64,000 nucleotides of DNA from Rhodosorus marinus CCMP1338 (GCA_029953675.1 JAMWBK010000004.1:1178001-1242000), one strand, 5' to 3'; positions 48,281-61,943 are shown, counted from the first letter of the stretch. The notes: generated from the sequence alone by a model not told the origin. Translations and numbers: made by a program.

Positions 48281-51200
48281 AACGTACAGGCGGGCCGGAA
48301 CAGGCGGGCGGGAGCATCAGGGCGGTCGCGGTAACACTCCCGCCATCGAGAATCCGCTATGTGCGAATCCAAAGACCTCTACCATAAGTGGAACGAACCG
48401 ACAAGCAAGCGCAGACTGCAAAGTCTCAGTGTTGGCTAGGGTCTCCGTGTACACTGACTCCTTATGCTTCTGCATAGTATTTGCAGCGGCAGCCCGAGTC
48501 CTAACACCCTTTCACCGCCCCACAGCTCGCCAGCAGGTGCTCCATCACAGCGTGTACGGTGGAGATGGTGAGGATGATTCGGTGGATCTTCTCCTGGCGG
48601 CTCCTCCTAGACCCTACTCGCCCCAGTACAAGAACGGATGTGCTCCAAAGAACCCTCCCATGGGATCGCCTATTCGACGTTGCTGTTGTCTTGCAGAGGA
48701 TCAGCGCACCCCCACAGTGCCCGTTCAAATCGCCAGTGAGAAGTATTGACACCTAGAAGAGAGGTTTCCTGACCATGGACGCTGGCTCACACCCAAAACA
48801 GAACTGAAGGCTCGTCCACGGCTCAAAGTCGGTGAGCGTGGTGTAGGGCATCAATGGTTGAGCGGGCCAGTTTGAATCAAGACGGGAATAGAGCAACAGG
48901 AAACAAAACCGTTGAAATCAGCACCGCTATGCACGTAAGTACCAGGGGCGGGGGGGGGGGGGGTTTACGGGGGTCGGAGGGCGGTCACACTAGAATTTGA
49001 TGAGGTCGAATCGAGTCTATCGCATCCACGATTTCATGGTACCTCCGAGACTTTTATGCGTTTTTTTATGAGCTACCTGTCAAGGGCGAACTGCTGCGCA
49101 CGTTGCTTTGGAGCCCTCCCGTCAAATATCTCCGTTGTAAAAACAAACTCACCAAACTCACGCTCTGGAGAAACCTCCTCCCTGGTTACTCCCTGACAAG
49201 GCGAGGCAGGATGTAGCACGCTGAGGCAAATGTAGTGCAAAACGGTGGAGATCCATATGAGAACGGAGCTTGCCCAATCGTCGATTCCAATCAGCCCGTA
49301 CTCCATCTGATGATCTACGTGCCTTATCGTTCTATCCTGGATACGTCCTATCCTCCGTTTCCACGCCAGTGGGCTCCCAAAACCCCTTTCGGAGGATTCC
49401 AGAAGCTTTGCTGGTGAGGTTAACAAAGATTATCTAGGCCAAATGGGGGTAGGAAAATCCTTTATTAAACATCGATCCTAGTTCAGATTTCATCTTAAAT
49501 ATAAACAAAAAAATCAGCAACCAATCTTCAATAGGAAAGTAATTCAACCGGAGGGTTGGAGAGAAATTGTGACAAACTCCTATCCTCCTCTTAGGTTTAA
49601 TCCCTCCTATATCTGAACTGCACAATAGCATATGAATTTTTTAAAATAAAATCAAACATATATTGAATAGGAAAATAATTTAAAAGGAATCCTAAAGATC
49701 AACAAAATACACATGACTTATTTTTTGGATATTTTCAACGAATCCATAACTATTCGCGATAGTACAAAGGGGTGGAAGATGGGTCTAGTAGTATATCTTA
49801 AATTCCTTGGAAAGAAGATCCGCATTGGCATATCTCCACCGACAATCAATGATTGGTGATTCGTGTTCATTGGATTTGAGGACAATTGAAGAGTGGCTTA
49901 GAAATCCGATTTTCTCTTTTCGTTTTGATATTATCTCAGTAAGCCCTTTTATGAAAATCTAAAATCCAACAGAAATGGCTTTTTTGAATAGCGAAGTAAT
50001 TTTGAGTAGGGTGAGGAGGGGATAGGAATGATTGAAATAGCTCAACGAATCATCGCCGTTTGAGACAGAGTTTTTCAAGTTATTCAACACTCAAGCATGT
50101 AACTGTAGCGAATTTTCCGAAAGTGAAAACTGAACCTCTGTTAATCAAATTTTATAAGTTATTCAGATACAGAAACGTGCACCTCAATCGACGCAGCGTA
50201 GTAATCTATTTCCTCTCGTCGTCCGCAGAATTACCATTTCCTTAATTTTTTTAGAATGTAATAAACTTTATTTGTATCGAGTGTAGCGAATTCCTGGTTT
50301 CCCGGCCTTTTTGTTAGGTGGGGAAGTCTACTTTCAACTCCAGATTCCCTCCCAATAATAATCTTAAATTGACTGACACTGGAAAAATGCAGGTTTTATT
50401 GTTGGGACACGCGTCATCAGAGTCCTATTTCGCTTTCAAAAATGGTAGTTCGGGTCTGAATAAACCAATGGTTTCAAAAAAAAAACGGAAAGGAAGACCT
50501 CAATCGGGAGTCGTGATTTTCATAACCGAAAACTTCATATTTCTCAACTGTTGGAGATATTTCCAAAGCGAGAACGGGGTGTGAACACGGGATTTTCTTC
50601 TATTGGTCTCAAGGATCATGTTTTGTTCAAATATTCCTGAATATATTTGCTTTCTTCAAGGCAAAAAGAACTCTTACGTACTTGACACACGCGAAATCGG
50701 GGACTCCGTCCTCTTTGGACATAGTAAGGTAGAGATCAATTGCACCAAAAAAAAAGCTCAAAGGCATAGGCTTGGTGTGTCTGCCTTGGACGAAGCTAAA
50801 TCTGCATCTTCTTCACCCTTTCAATTGGAAACGAAACTCTTTTTTGGTTGAGCTAATCAGTTTGGAGTTGCTTCGAGCATGTTCAGAGTATTTCGTTTCG
50901 CTGTGCCAGGGGCGGAGGGAAGGAAGGGGGGGAGGTATGGGTTAGTCATCGGAGTGGTCCTGTACGGCCCTTATAGTTGTGCCTGCTCGTCACATCGTGT
51001 GCATCATTTCGTAAGGCGGTTACGAACTAACTCACAGAATTTCGGTGAAAAACCAGGTACGAGCTACTTAAAACTTTCGGAATAGAACCGTATGTTCCCT
51101 ACTTTTGTCTGGAGCATCCACCCAGGGCCGTAGCCATCAAGTAACCTAACATCCTAAAAGACCTTCAAAACACCTAGTCGCCTGTCTCTTGAACCATCAA

Positions 51201-51542
51201 GTTGTATGTGCTGTGAACCGATTATCGTCCCGCTCCTCCACCGCAAGACGACGGCTAGCAGTTTCTCAGTTAACTGATTGAGTGACTAAGTGAATAGCTG
51301 CGTAAGGCATGCTCTGTACTTTTTGTGCGCCTTGCCAACGGCAGCTTTCACTGACCGGCGTCTGAAAAAAAAGAGAAATTGGTACTTACATCATTCCAGA
51401 AAAATCGTTCATCATGAAACCCACGGAGATGCAGCCACGTTCTGCGCCGTGCAATTTTTGTGAATCTTTTCAGCTGTCGTTCAATGCCCGAGCATCATCA
51501 CGTAGCGCACCCAGAGCAGTGGCAGGGCATCCAAGACGTTGA

Positions 51543-51642
51543 GAGAGACATTGGGGATTTTCTTTCGTAGAATTAGATCTATCAAACTACTTGAGAGACA
51601 TTGGGGATTTTCTTTCGTAGAATTAGATCTATCAAACTACTT
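51543..51642. repeat. Exact 50-bp tandem duplication
   Basis: gagagacattggggattttctttcgtagaattagatctatcaaactactt twice. Confidence 0.95.
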
Positions 51643-53200
51643 TCTTTGTTTGCACTTTCAAGGTTCATAGAACACATTCATGTCGAGGTACAAAAAGGGA
51701 GGGGGGAGGGAAGGGAGGGGAGATACCACGGCCGAATTATAAGACGATAATTAGTCAAGCATGCAAGCTGCAACAGTGAAAGAAGCATCACGTGGACTTC
51801 AAACGTTTCCGAGCGACATTGGGTTTTGAGGAAAACCAAGCGGAATCCAGAAAGGGCTTATGGAAGCGTGCTAGCCCTTAGCTGGCGCTAGCCATAGTAC
51901 TAAACTAACTCCAGCGGATTGCGCTTGTTTTCAACTCAGTAAGATTAGTTCATCTCAAAATCCAAGACAAGGCCTTTCGATACTGATATCTCCATCCTGG
52001 TCGTTTTCGGTTCCAATCGAAGTCCTTCTCGGGAGGTTTCCCTACCCCACCCAGTCCTCATCCAGGGAGGGGGGGAGAGAAGTCATTTAATCCGCTATTG
52101 AAACCCAAAAATCTTGTAGACTTTTTCACGCCTACGCCCTGATTTGACTTAAAACTGATCGTATAGAGTTGTGAAATAATATTAATAATAGCCAAAATTT
52201 GGGACCAAATCTCTGTCAACTCTTGGCAAGAACAACACCAATTTCAAGCGCCCAATTCCGAAACGAGTCCTCTCATGAAACAATTTCAGGACCCTTCAAT
52301 AAACTTCTAATAAAAATGAATGTTAACTTGGTGTTGGGTGGAATATATCACCTTCAACCCCATGGTACAGTATACACTTCTTGCAAATACGAGCCTCTCC
52401 AATCGGGAAGGTGGGGATTGATTCCTCGTCCAGACCCCTCCCCATCAAGGGCATGTCGTTTACTTTTTGCTCCTCGTTCAGCCGTAGCAGCAACAGCACC
52501 ACCACCTAACTGTTAGACGAAAAAAGCAAACGCAGTTTCAGTTTCGGGTGCACTTCCGGACAAGGGTTCCAATCAATCTTGGAGAGGGAGAGAGAGAAAA
52601 AAATATATATGTCTGAGTTTTTTCAAGAAACTTTTTTGTGTGCTGGGAAGAGGAGACCTCTGGCTCTGCTTTGTGCGTGGTTTTTTTTAAGTCAAAAGAC
52701 CCTATCGGGTTGACCAAGCCTAGACAAGTTGGGTAGGAGTTAGTTCGCGATGACAAATGCGTTTGTTCGTGAAAATCCAGAGAAAATCGTCAGAAGGTCG
52801 CGCTTGACAGATGATGTGGGAAATTCGTCACACAGGCGGCTGTGTGGCCTGTGCTCCGGCGTGGTTATAGGTCAAGCAGCTTGAAAACGCAGCACTATGG
52901 CAGCACAATTCGGTAATTTTTTCCAAAGTGCTTGTGGTCGGGGAAATCTACTTTTATGAACGTCTGCGTTTCTTTTGTATAAGTTGGTCATAACGCACCC
53001 GGTGGTGTGGGAGAAGACCCCGACGGATGGGTAGAGTGGTGGCACATATGGTTTTCATACGATGATGATTAGATGGAAGCAGCAGCCTCAGCCGATTGAA
53101 ACTAGCCTTGCCGGGGCTTAAGCGGCCCTGGTGGTCCTGGGGCGGTAAAGGAATCCCGCAAAGACACGGAAACCAACGAAGTTTATAACCTGAAACCAGA

Positions 53201-55513
53201 ATGGGGATCACTTTGGATATTAACCCCACGACGGTGAACGTGATCACGGACTTGGTGCTGATAATCATGCAATTGGTGTGGCTGAGGGCCATGCAAGTGC
53301 TATCCATTGCCGACATCAAGCGCCAAGTAAGGTTTGGGAGGAGAATATTCTCTTATGAGACGATGGGTAGCTTGGTCTACCTAAACTTTGGTTTGGCAAA
53401 ATATCGGAAGCTCAAGCGGGATGAGATAATGAGCGCCCGGGAACATCGTGGCTTTGTCTTGCGTCTTCTGTTTGCGACGCTAGCAATACTCATGAATCTA
53501 TCGCTTGTCCTCCTGCACGTGCTTATTGACTATGGTTTGGATTTCACGGTGACGATGCCCCTGTCAGAACAGGTCGCTTCATACGATATGAACGGTTTGT
53601 ATCCGGATACATCAATTCTGGAAGCGCTGGAAACGTACGAGAGGATGTCGAACAACCTGCGCGCAGAGATTGAACCACTCTGTAAAAAGGCAGGGCTCGA
53701 GGATGATGAATGGGCATGCGATATTGAGGGGCGCGAGGCGCTCAACTACTACGGAGACAAAATTCGCGAGAGCGTTAGGTTTGCGTCCTCAGTGTTTGAC
53801 ACAGGTTCTATTGAGCAACTCAACGCAGTGCAGAGCTTGGAAATAGACTACAGGCCTAGTTCTGACTCTGGGAGGGAAGCTCATACCTGTAGGGTCAAAG
53901 AGTTTGACAGCGCTGAGACTTTTTCTGGGGAGTTCGAGTTCGAGCGTCCGGACTGTGGCTTTGGTAAAAACCTAATTCGTGAGATCAGGTTCCAGATGGC
54001 GACGAAAATAAGTTTTCAGGAGATCGAGCTGCGCGTCGAGCCAGAGTTCTTGGGTGCAAACGCGAAGCCCAACCAGATGCGTCATCACTTGAACGCCAAG
54101 GATAAGCGACAGGTGCCCTCCACAGTTTCTCTCAAGCGCTTTGGGAACCAGACACTTGCTGGGGGGGACTTCGGTCCTGTTCAGGTGCAGTTAGCTCGGC
54201 TCAGCGTAGATACGAAGTTCGTTTTTGGGCCTGGTCAATCACAAACATTGGTGCTGAGGGACTTGACAAGGTTCAGAGCGGGGGTGTCTGACGAGCATGG
54301 TCTAAACATGAAGATGAACAGCACTACAGTACCCGTTCAAGTCACTACCGGACAGGCTGATAAAGGCTGCTACACGACGTTCAAGGACCAAGTGGTTTTT
54401 CGAATGAAACTGAGAGTGCACGGGCTGGAATGTGGAACCTACGAGTTTGTGCGGACCGCGGAAGAGTGCAACACTAGGCGAGTGCACATTGATGAGGACG
54501 GGAGGAAGAGCTTCCTGGTCGGTTTCCAGGCAACACGAGGCGCTGTAATGCTCTACGATAGTCTGGACGATTCGGAACGGGATGAGTGCTTGGCTCATAT
54601 TCGAGAAATGTACGCAGAGTATCTCGATGAGAGCATCCCAAAGTCGAATAGGGCTATCGGTGTTGCGGTCCAAGCGGGGCTTATTTGCGCGACACCGCTC
54701 GACCCGAATGCGGCAAAGGCAGTTTGTCCGCCCGGTGAAGACCATGAGCAGGGCTGTAGATTTTGCCAGATAGGCGGCAAAGTTGTGAAGCTCCATGAGG
54801 ACCATTGGGAGAGGCTTGAGCATCTCGAGAAAGTGGGCGATGTGGGATCTGATCCAAGAGTTTTCAAACTGGACGTTCGCCTTATTGCGCATTCCGTGCA
54901 AGTGGAAGGCGGGGACCCGGTCGTTATCAGGCAGGCTTTGGAGAACTTGGGTCCACTTGTGAAGGACCACTTTGCGACACTGCTGATACAGTTCTTGTCC
55001 TCCTCGACTTCTCGCAACAACCTCCTTGGTTTGAAAACGCAGTGGCTCATGCACGTGCTGATCTCGATGCTGTCGACGCAGATGAGACCTGAAGCTCGAA
55101 TGGTGAATCTGTACGAGTCGAAACAGGTAGCCGTTCTGGAGGAAGCTTACTTAGGAGGTCTTCTCGCGGTTTTGATCATCACGGCTTTAACCGTCCTAGT
55201 GACTGCGGTTAAGTACATGTACGAATTCGGAGTCTACTACAAGCTGAACTCGAGGATCCGGATACCCATGACCGTTACCGAGTGGATCGTCCTGGGCTTA
55301 AAGCAGATCAGTGCTCTTAAGGGTAATAGTTCAACTTATTATAACTACGATTTTACGGTCCTACCAATGGAAAACCTGGACTTTGGGCCTATGAATGAGG
55401 ATGAGAAGATGCGCTTCGGGGTGGATCGGAGATACAAAGAACTTGGTACAATATGCTTCTCTGATGAGCTGACGCCGGTGAGCCGAGGCGTTGATTATAA
55501 AAGCAGTCTGTAA
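53201..55513 (+). CDS. Hypothetical membrane protein, 770 aa, intronless
   Basis: Long uninterrupted ATG ORF. Hydrophobic segments near the N- and C-termini flank a large Cys-containing soluble region. Family not recognised. Confidence 0.85.
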   Translation: MGITLDINPTTVNVITDLVLIIMQLVWLRAMQVLSIADIKRQVRFGRRIFSYETMGSLVYLNFGLAKYRKLKRDEIMSAREHRGFVLRLLFATLAILMNLSLVLLHVLIDYGLDFTVTMPLSEQVASYDMNGLYPDTSILEALETYERMSNNLRAEIEPLCKKAGLEDDEWACDIEGREALNYYGDKIRESVRFASSVFDTGSIEQLNAVQSLEIDYRPSSDSGREAHTCRVKEFDSAETFSGEFEFERPDCGFGKNLIREIRFQMATKISFQEIELRVEPEFLGANAKPNQMRHHLNAKDKRQVPSTVSLKRFGNQTLAGGDFGPVQVQLARLSVDTKFVFGPGQSQTLVLRDLTRFRAGVSDEHGLNMKMNSTTVPVQVTTGQADKGCYTTFKDQVVFRMKLRVHGLECGTYEFVRTAEECNTRRVHIDEDGRKSFLVGFQATRGAVMLYDSLDDSERDECLAHIREMYAEYLDESIPKSNRAIGVAVQAGLICATPLDPNAAKAVCPPGEDHEQGCRFCQIGGKVVKLHEDHWERLEHLEKVGDVGSDPRVFKLDVRLIAHSVQVEGGDPVVIRQALENLGPLVKDHFATLLIQFLSSSTSRNNLLGLKTQWLMHVLISMLSTQMRPEARMVNLYESKQVAVLEEAYLGGLLAVLIITALTVLVTAVKYMYEFGVYYKLNSRIRIPMTVTEWIVLGLKQISALKGNSSTYYNYDFTVLPMENLDFGPMNEDEKMRFGVDRRYKELGTICFSDELTPVSRGVDYKSSL

Positions 55514-56368
55514 AGTGTGGCTTGGTTGAGGAAGAAGGTTGTCGATGCGCATCCTTGGACGCAACGGCGGGCTCCTTCGGGTTTAAAGATTCAGGAGCAC
55601 TGCGGTTGATTCGTCCCAGCTCGGAAACGGGTGATCGCGTGATCGACACGAGAGCAGAACTGAAACTTTATCTCGCTGCTTGTGGGGCCACGGTGTTCTT
55701 CTCAGAGATACTGGATGTGATCAATCTTGCTGCGTGCCACCGCGACCTGCAGAAAAGGTGTACTACGTAGTTCGTGTCGGGAACTCGACTTTCATAGTTA
55801 CCGCAACTATATATATAGATCTTTCTTTCATTGAGAATGATCAACGACGACTGGTTAACTATTTTTGATGATATGGTGCTATAGCTTCGCGACTTTATTC
55901 TTCTAGATCGGAAGCTTCTGCACTTCTGCAGCAGCATCCCCGGAGAAGCTCAACAACGCAGGGAAACATCTCTGACCCTAAAAAAAAAGAGTCAGTTGTT
56001 GGCATTCAAGAGCTACACCTCCCTCGCATGAGGCGTGCATTCATAAATTAAATCAACGATTTTGCGGAAGGAGCTCCTCACGCAAAGCATCAGAAGCTGA
56101 TTTAGATGGACTTGCGATGAAGTCCAATTAACCCAGCTTCTCATTTCAATGCTTACAGTTAAGGTCACTCGAGTGAGCGTGAATCAGTTACCGATCAGGT
56201 GCACCAAGTAGCTCCAATCACTTGCCTTAAGACCCAGTACTCGTGCTCCTGTGGTAGGCTTCTCCAGCTGTTTTTCCACCACACACATACGTCATCGTTT
56301 CAATTCGTCCTCGATGATTTGCTTTCCTCATGCCATTCAATAGACCCCCTTCAGCCCAACAGAGACGA

Positions 56369-57387
56369 TCAAAGAGCCAAATGAGACGAAATTGTCTGCC
56401 AGATGTGACGCGCCATTTTTTGTCCGCCAATATCACTTGGCTCTACCCGCTGAACGTAATCTTCCGTGTCTTTTGGATCCAGAGCTTCATACAATGCTAC
56501 GGGAACAATTTTCGTACCAGCTATCGTGATCTCGCTTGTCGCAGTGAGGTACAACTGCCTGAGCACGGCTTGCATCTTTGCAGGTTGGGCATCGTAACCA
56601 AGAACTCTCAAAGGAAGGTCTGCCCAAGAGCCCGTCTGATTTTCATCGGGAAAGTACAGCATACACACTAGAACCAGTCGCGGCTTTCGCAAGGAAACCA
56701 ATTTCTCAATGTACAGCCGCGTCTTCTCGCCGAACAATCTCACCATGTGCTTTCGTCCCCAGGCCTTGTCGAATTCATTCTCCAAGGTCTGGAGTCTGTT
56801 CAAACGTATAAGAGATAGAGCGCTTATGGCAGTGCGCAGGGTGGGTGAGTGAGCTACGTCATTGCCTCCAAGTGAAACAACTACGACATCACCCTCCATC
56901 AAGTTGTCGCGGACGATATTGTCGTGCGCGAGAAGCGACCCGCCCAACCTCTGCGCGAGCGTGGATTCCTCTACCCCGCAGTTTACGACCAATGCTCTGT
57001 CGCGTGCAGCTACGCCGAGGTGATAGGCAACGTCTGGACGTGCCAATGGAGGTCTAAGTATCGATGCGTACTCTGATTCAAGATCGCGAAGAGAGCATCC
57101 CTGCACCCAATACTTGTTATCCAGAGTTGAGTCACCACAAAGCCATACAAGCGGCCGATTTCCTGCCTCCTCGCGGAGAAATTTCGCATACCGTGCTAGG
57201 TCATGAATAGGGTGACCGTGGAACCTAGTTTTTATCAGACAACATTCAGAGCCTCAAGGTCAGAGCACGAGTGCAAGAGAAGAAGAAAAGGTGGGAACTG
57301 AACTGCTCAGCCCCAGGTTCCGCTGCTTTTTGTTCTCGGCCTTTCTTACTCTGCATAGAAACTCGAGCTTGAGATTTCATTCTTCAT
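56369..57387 (-). CDS. SGNH/GDSL-like hydrolase, 2 exons (~297 aa)
   Basis: Exon 1 57350-57387, GT-AG intron, exon 2 56369-57224, frame consistent. Motifs WLCGDSTLDNKYW and VSLGGNDVA, C-terminal D...EPS..GG.KMA. Confidence 0.8.
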
Positions 57388-57797
57388 CCTCGAAGATCTC
57401 CCCGTACGCGATTTGCGGGACTGGTTGACCTCGCCCGAGCCGGTCTTCTCTGATGAACTCATTAATCGCTGCTTGGCGGTTCCAGAAATGTCAGCCTGGA
57501 AGGCAAATGCCATTTTAATTCTCAAGCTACTTCATCCAACTGGAACCCAAAACCGTTTGCATGTACGTCCCGAGCATATTCTGCTTCATGCGCCAAGCAC
57601 GGTTCGTTTCGTTCGGATCTCGACCAGTGAAGGTCCGGGTGAAGAAGACGATTGTATGTCATGAACGTGGTCCAGCTGAATGACCATCAACTGTGTGCTG
57701 TCTTCAAGAGGCAAGGGCTCTGCTAGACGACATGCGAGATTACGAATCTGGCAGCCTGTTTCATGAGAGGAACTGTTTTGAACGACAAAACTATGAC

Positions 57798-58163
57798 GAC
57801 GGGTGGGTTCCTTGGACCCTGGTGTGGGTACTGCTCTAAACGAGGTCCCCAGGGATGACCGTGCAAATGTTGAACGGCACCGTCAGATTGGTGGACAAAT
57901 CTGGAGGTGCTTATGCAAATAATCGGAAAGGAGGGCAGGAATCCAAGTAGCGGACTGAGAGATGCGTGTAACGGGAACTAAACGACAGGTGGTTCCTTGG
58001 ATCCTGGTGTGGGCACTGTTCTCCGCAGGTCCCAAGGGATGAGCGTCAAATATTGGGCAGCATCGTCAGATTTGGTGGACAGATCTGGAGCTGTTTATGC
58101 AACTCTTGGGAAAGGAGGGCAGTAATCCAAGTCTGAGCGATGCGCGATGTAACGGGAACTAAA
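57798..58163. repeat. Diverged ~185-bp tandem duplication (57798-57983, 57984-58163)
   Basis: Shared blocks ggttccttgga.cctggtgtggg, ggtccc.agggatga, cgtcagatt, gaaaggagggcag.aatccaagt and tgtaacgggaactaaa, with indels between them. Confidence 0.85.
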
Positions 58164-58371
58164 ATTAAGAACCACAAAACTCAAACACTTAATGTCCCTC
58201 TGTATAATGAAAGATTTATTTCTATAAAAAATGTGAGTTATTTTGGTTAACCATTAGTGCTGGTGAAAAACTTATTAGTTCCGTGTCGTCTTGCGACTCT
58301 ATGTGCTCAAAACAGATTAAATATCCTTCTTTTCATCCGAGCTAGTATGGCGTCCGAGAAGATTGCACCAC

Positions 58372-58908
58372 TTAGTAGTAGTACGTGGTCTTGACTTCGC
58401 GATAACTGTCCATATGCGGAGAAGGTTCCATCGCGAGCTCCCGCCCTGAATTGTTCATGACTGGAACCTCCGCATCTGCGACCGATTGGAGGACTTGGGG
58501 TACAACGTGAACGGAATTTCGCATGCTCAAGAGGGTTTGCGCAATGTCTTCCTCAACGCTGTCCAACTGCATCGATAGTTTTGCAGGAGTGGTTTTCGAA
58601 ATTACCGGTACGGCGGATCGAATGGTCGGTGTTCCGCTCTTCTTCATTCGCTCCATTCGAAGGAAGTACTTCTGCGCATGAGATCTGATCTGGACGGCTG
58701 TCTTTGTGGCCACTTTCTGTTCGATAAGTTTCCATTCTCTTCCATGCATGGCAAGCGCCTTCACGAACCTAGAGTGCTCTTCTTCGGTCCAGTATTCCCG
58801 CCTCTTCGTGAGGACGTACTTCTTTCTCTTCCTAGATATCTCCGTAGCTTGTGGTACGCTGCGCAATCCTTCGGACCCGGAGCTAACACTGCTGGCCTCT
58901 TCCTCCAT
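58372..58908 (-). CDS. Single-repeat MYB transcription factor, SHAQKYF class (CCA1/LHY/RVE-like domain)
   Basis: KKYVLTKRREYWTEEEHSRFVKALAMHGREWKLIEQKVATKTAVQIRSHAQKYF. Confidence 0.93.
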   Translation of the reverse strand: MEEEASSVSSGSEGLRSVPQATEISRKRKKYVLTKRREYWTEEEHSRFVKALAMHGREWKLIEQKVATKTAVQIRSHAQKYFLRMERMKKSGTPTIRSAVPVISKTTPAKLSMQLDSVEEDIAQTLLSMRNSVHVVPQVLQSVADAEVPVMNNSGRELAMEPSPHMDSYREVKTTYYY

Positions 58909-61900
58909 TATATGATTCCTCGTTATTGGTTACCACCAACACACCCGCGAGTTCAAGCCAATCAACAAACAACAAGGTTTTCAGGTCTTGCAGTGAGCAA
59001 CAACGACCATAGAAGATAGGCAAAAAGTCCTTACTATTGGTTTCCTTTGTCCCTATGGCACGCAAATTTCCTCCGACCCAGCTCCGTAATGGAGTGCTGG
59101 GTTGGGTTAAATAATGTCGACGTTTCCGCCGAGCCGATTCGAAGCCAAACCCCAATCGTTCCAAGCGAAGCGATGCCCGCCGCAGAGAATTTCTTGAAAC
59201 TTTTTTTCATCTAGTTCTGTCGCTTCGGATACAGATTTGCAGAAATAAAACGGAGGATTTTACGCGAAGCGAACGCGAATCTCGCGGTTAAGATTATACG
59301 CAAACGCTTTTCATTGGAAGAAGTACGACTTTTCCAAGACGTAGAGGCGCTTGTATATTAAATATTAATCTATTCATCATATACGAAACGAGACAATTTA
59401 TTATTGGTCAACAGATACCCAATAAATGTCTTCTTCGTTTTCAAAAGACGGACTTGGTCGAATCATAATGTGTAAAGTGTGCTCCTTCGAAAATTGATAG
59501 AGCACAAGAACACCAAGGAAACCACACGAAAATCTGACCATCAAACAAAGGCCTGATAAAACCATACCTCGAAACGTCAGGCCTTATAAAACTTCAAAAA
59601 CATCAATTTATCAAAGTTCGATTTGCACTATGGCTTTCCACCATCCCCCCCCTTTCTCCATACTTCAAATACCTTGTCCGGATAATCCGGATTGACCTTT
59701 CGCGAATATCAAACAACGTCTCGAGTCCGCAGATTCAGGGCGTGGGAGCTCGCCATGGGGAAAATGTGTCCACAAGAGTCACCACATCTATTTCATCTTA
59801 AAACAAAACATATCAGAATATCTAACCATCGGGTAGGCCAGGGAATGACCAATCGTAATCAAATGCGTTCCTTCCCTTCGACCCAAACAAAAAACAAATC
59901 TACCAAATTTAAAACAAAACAAAACTATCTTGGACCCCATTGACTTGAGTGAAGATAACTAAAAACAAATTCGGCGTCATATGATTGGTCATCTATCAAT
60001 TTTTCATGAGTGGTTCTTGTTAACCATCACAGCGAGATTCATTTCGGGAGCGGGGAAGGAGAGGGGGCGGGGGAGGGAAAAAAAGTAGTCAAACAAATTT
60101 ATCCCCAAATTCTATAAGAAAAATATTATAAATTTTATATCTGGGATAAAATGAGATCCACTTTCACTTCTACCAGTATCTCAATGGGAACCATCTATTG
60201 TGGGGGGGGGTGGGATTTTGTATCCTGAACGATATATCTTGAAAAAGGTGAAAGCAAAACGAAGCCAAAAACTTGGTTTCGTATCTACCCCCTCCCCCTC
60301 CTCCCCTCCCCCTTTTTCCAACGTTTCCACCTGCACACCATCGTGTGATGGTGTGAAGGTGGAAACGTTGGAAAAAGGTTTCCACCAGGGGGTGTCCCCT
60401 TCAGTTTTTCCTACTAATGATGAAATGTCTAATACTAACCCCCTGTTGGCCATAATCTTCCTATTCCTATGTATTCTCTCTCTCTATCTCTCTCGGGGAT
60501 GGGAAGAGATTGCAACTTTATTAGGGTATTGGTTGGTCCCCTTGGATCCCCTTCCCGTTCCCGCGATCTTGCGTCGGAAAGGGTTACTTGGGAAACATTT
60601 CGTGGTCGATTGTGTGTGTGTGTGATGATCGACCTGTTTTTTCTTGGCTGAAAAGACAAAAAGACTGCCAGTGAGGAAAGGGAAAATGTGATTTGGATTT
60701 GGAATTTTCAAGAAGAGTCGAAGTGCGTTGAGTTCAGCAGCAGACACATGGGAGGTCTTGTCCCGTGTCCCGCTTTTCCTGTGTCCCAAGAACGTGTGGC
60801 GGCTTGAGACCGACTCTTCGGAGGGTATCAATGCAATCTGGAACCGCGGTGGGACGGGGGTAGTCTAATGCCACTTAGCCAGTCCTCACGGACCAATATG
60901 TTTTGGGAATGAGCCATACTTTCTATCCACTCTGGGACAGATTGAGCTGAGGGATTTGTACGGACTTGGATATCTCGGCTCGTCAAAATGGAAGTGGCAC
61001 TAAGCTGGCTTCCAGCGTTGGTTTTCAGCTTTCACTTACAAGCCCCAACCAATCACAGTAGCCACTTTCACCAAACCACGGTTGCTGGAGTTGGTGGAGA
61101 CTCACAAAGTCTTGTGACGATTGCTTCATAAAGGGTAGGCCCCTCCTGATCCTGTCATCGCACGGAGATCGAATTGTCCCGCAGTCACTTCGTAATAGTA
61201 CAAAGCTTGCGATCTTGCTTCACGATTAGTAGTTGAGAATCATTTCTCGTCTGCAATACGAGTCGAACGGGGTTTGCATTGTCAGGAGTATGTTTGCAGG
61301 AGTTCCTGTTAATGGTCAGTTAGCGAGTTGGTTGCAGTGTCGGAACTCTGGGCTCATGGTACACCCTCATCGAGCTAGTTTCATCTCCACGTCTTACTAC
61401 ATCCCGAAACCTGGGTATCCGACACTAGGGCTCCTTGGAAATGCTCCAAAATCCTGGGAACGGTCAGGCTCAGAGCATTTTGAGCAAATAGTCTCCTCGG
61501 TAGCGTCACTTTCTCAACGTTTCTAGTCCCTTATGAAATCACAATCAGTGACACATAGCGGAAACGAGAGTTCGGTTAGCTTTCGGAACCTTGGGGGTTC
61601 ACCCAGGCCCCATTCTATATACACTGACCACTCTCTGAGGTTTTATCGAATCTGCTCTTTATTCTCAACCCGGACGCAACTCATCATGGCAAACCTGGCC
61701 GGATCGAGCGGGCAGAACTGCCTGGTGGAATTGTACACGAATGTAGCTCTGAGTCCCAGATGAGCATGGAAATTGATTTTGATATGCTGGCGGCAGGCAG
61801 ATTCGCAAAATTTTCTTGTGCAGTCTCAAACTGCTACGCCAGTACAGAGCATGGGCGCCCTCATAGACAAAGCACTCACCCCGAATCCGGCAGTTGTTAC

Positions 61901-61943
61901 AAGAAAGCTGCGTTGCCCGCTGCAAAATGTCCAGACATGGGCT

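Noticed and set aside
48429-48756. APE-endonuclease-like TGDLNGH and an A-like HLLASCGAVKG peptide
   Set aside because: Short isolated matches in overlapping frames on both strands, with no supporting motifs.
59900-61900. ORFs in the MYB-DENR intergenic region
   Set aside because: Dominated by simple repeats and homopolymers, with overlapping short frames and no family signal.
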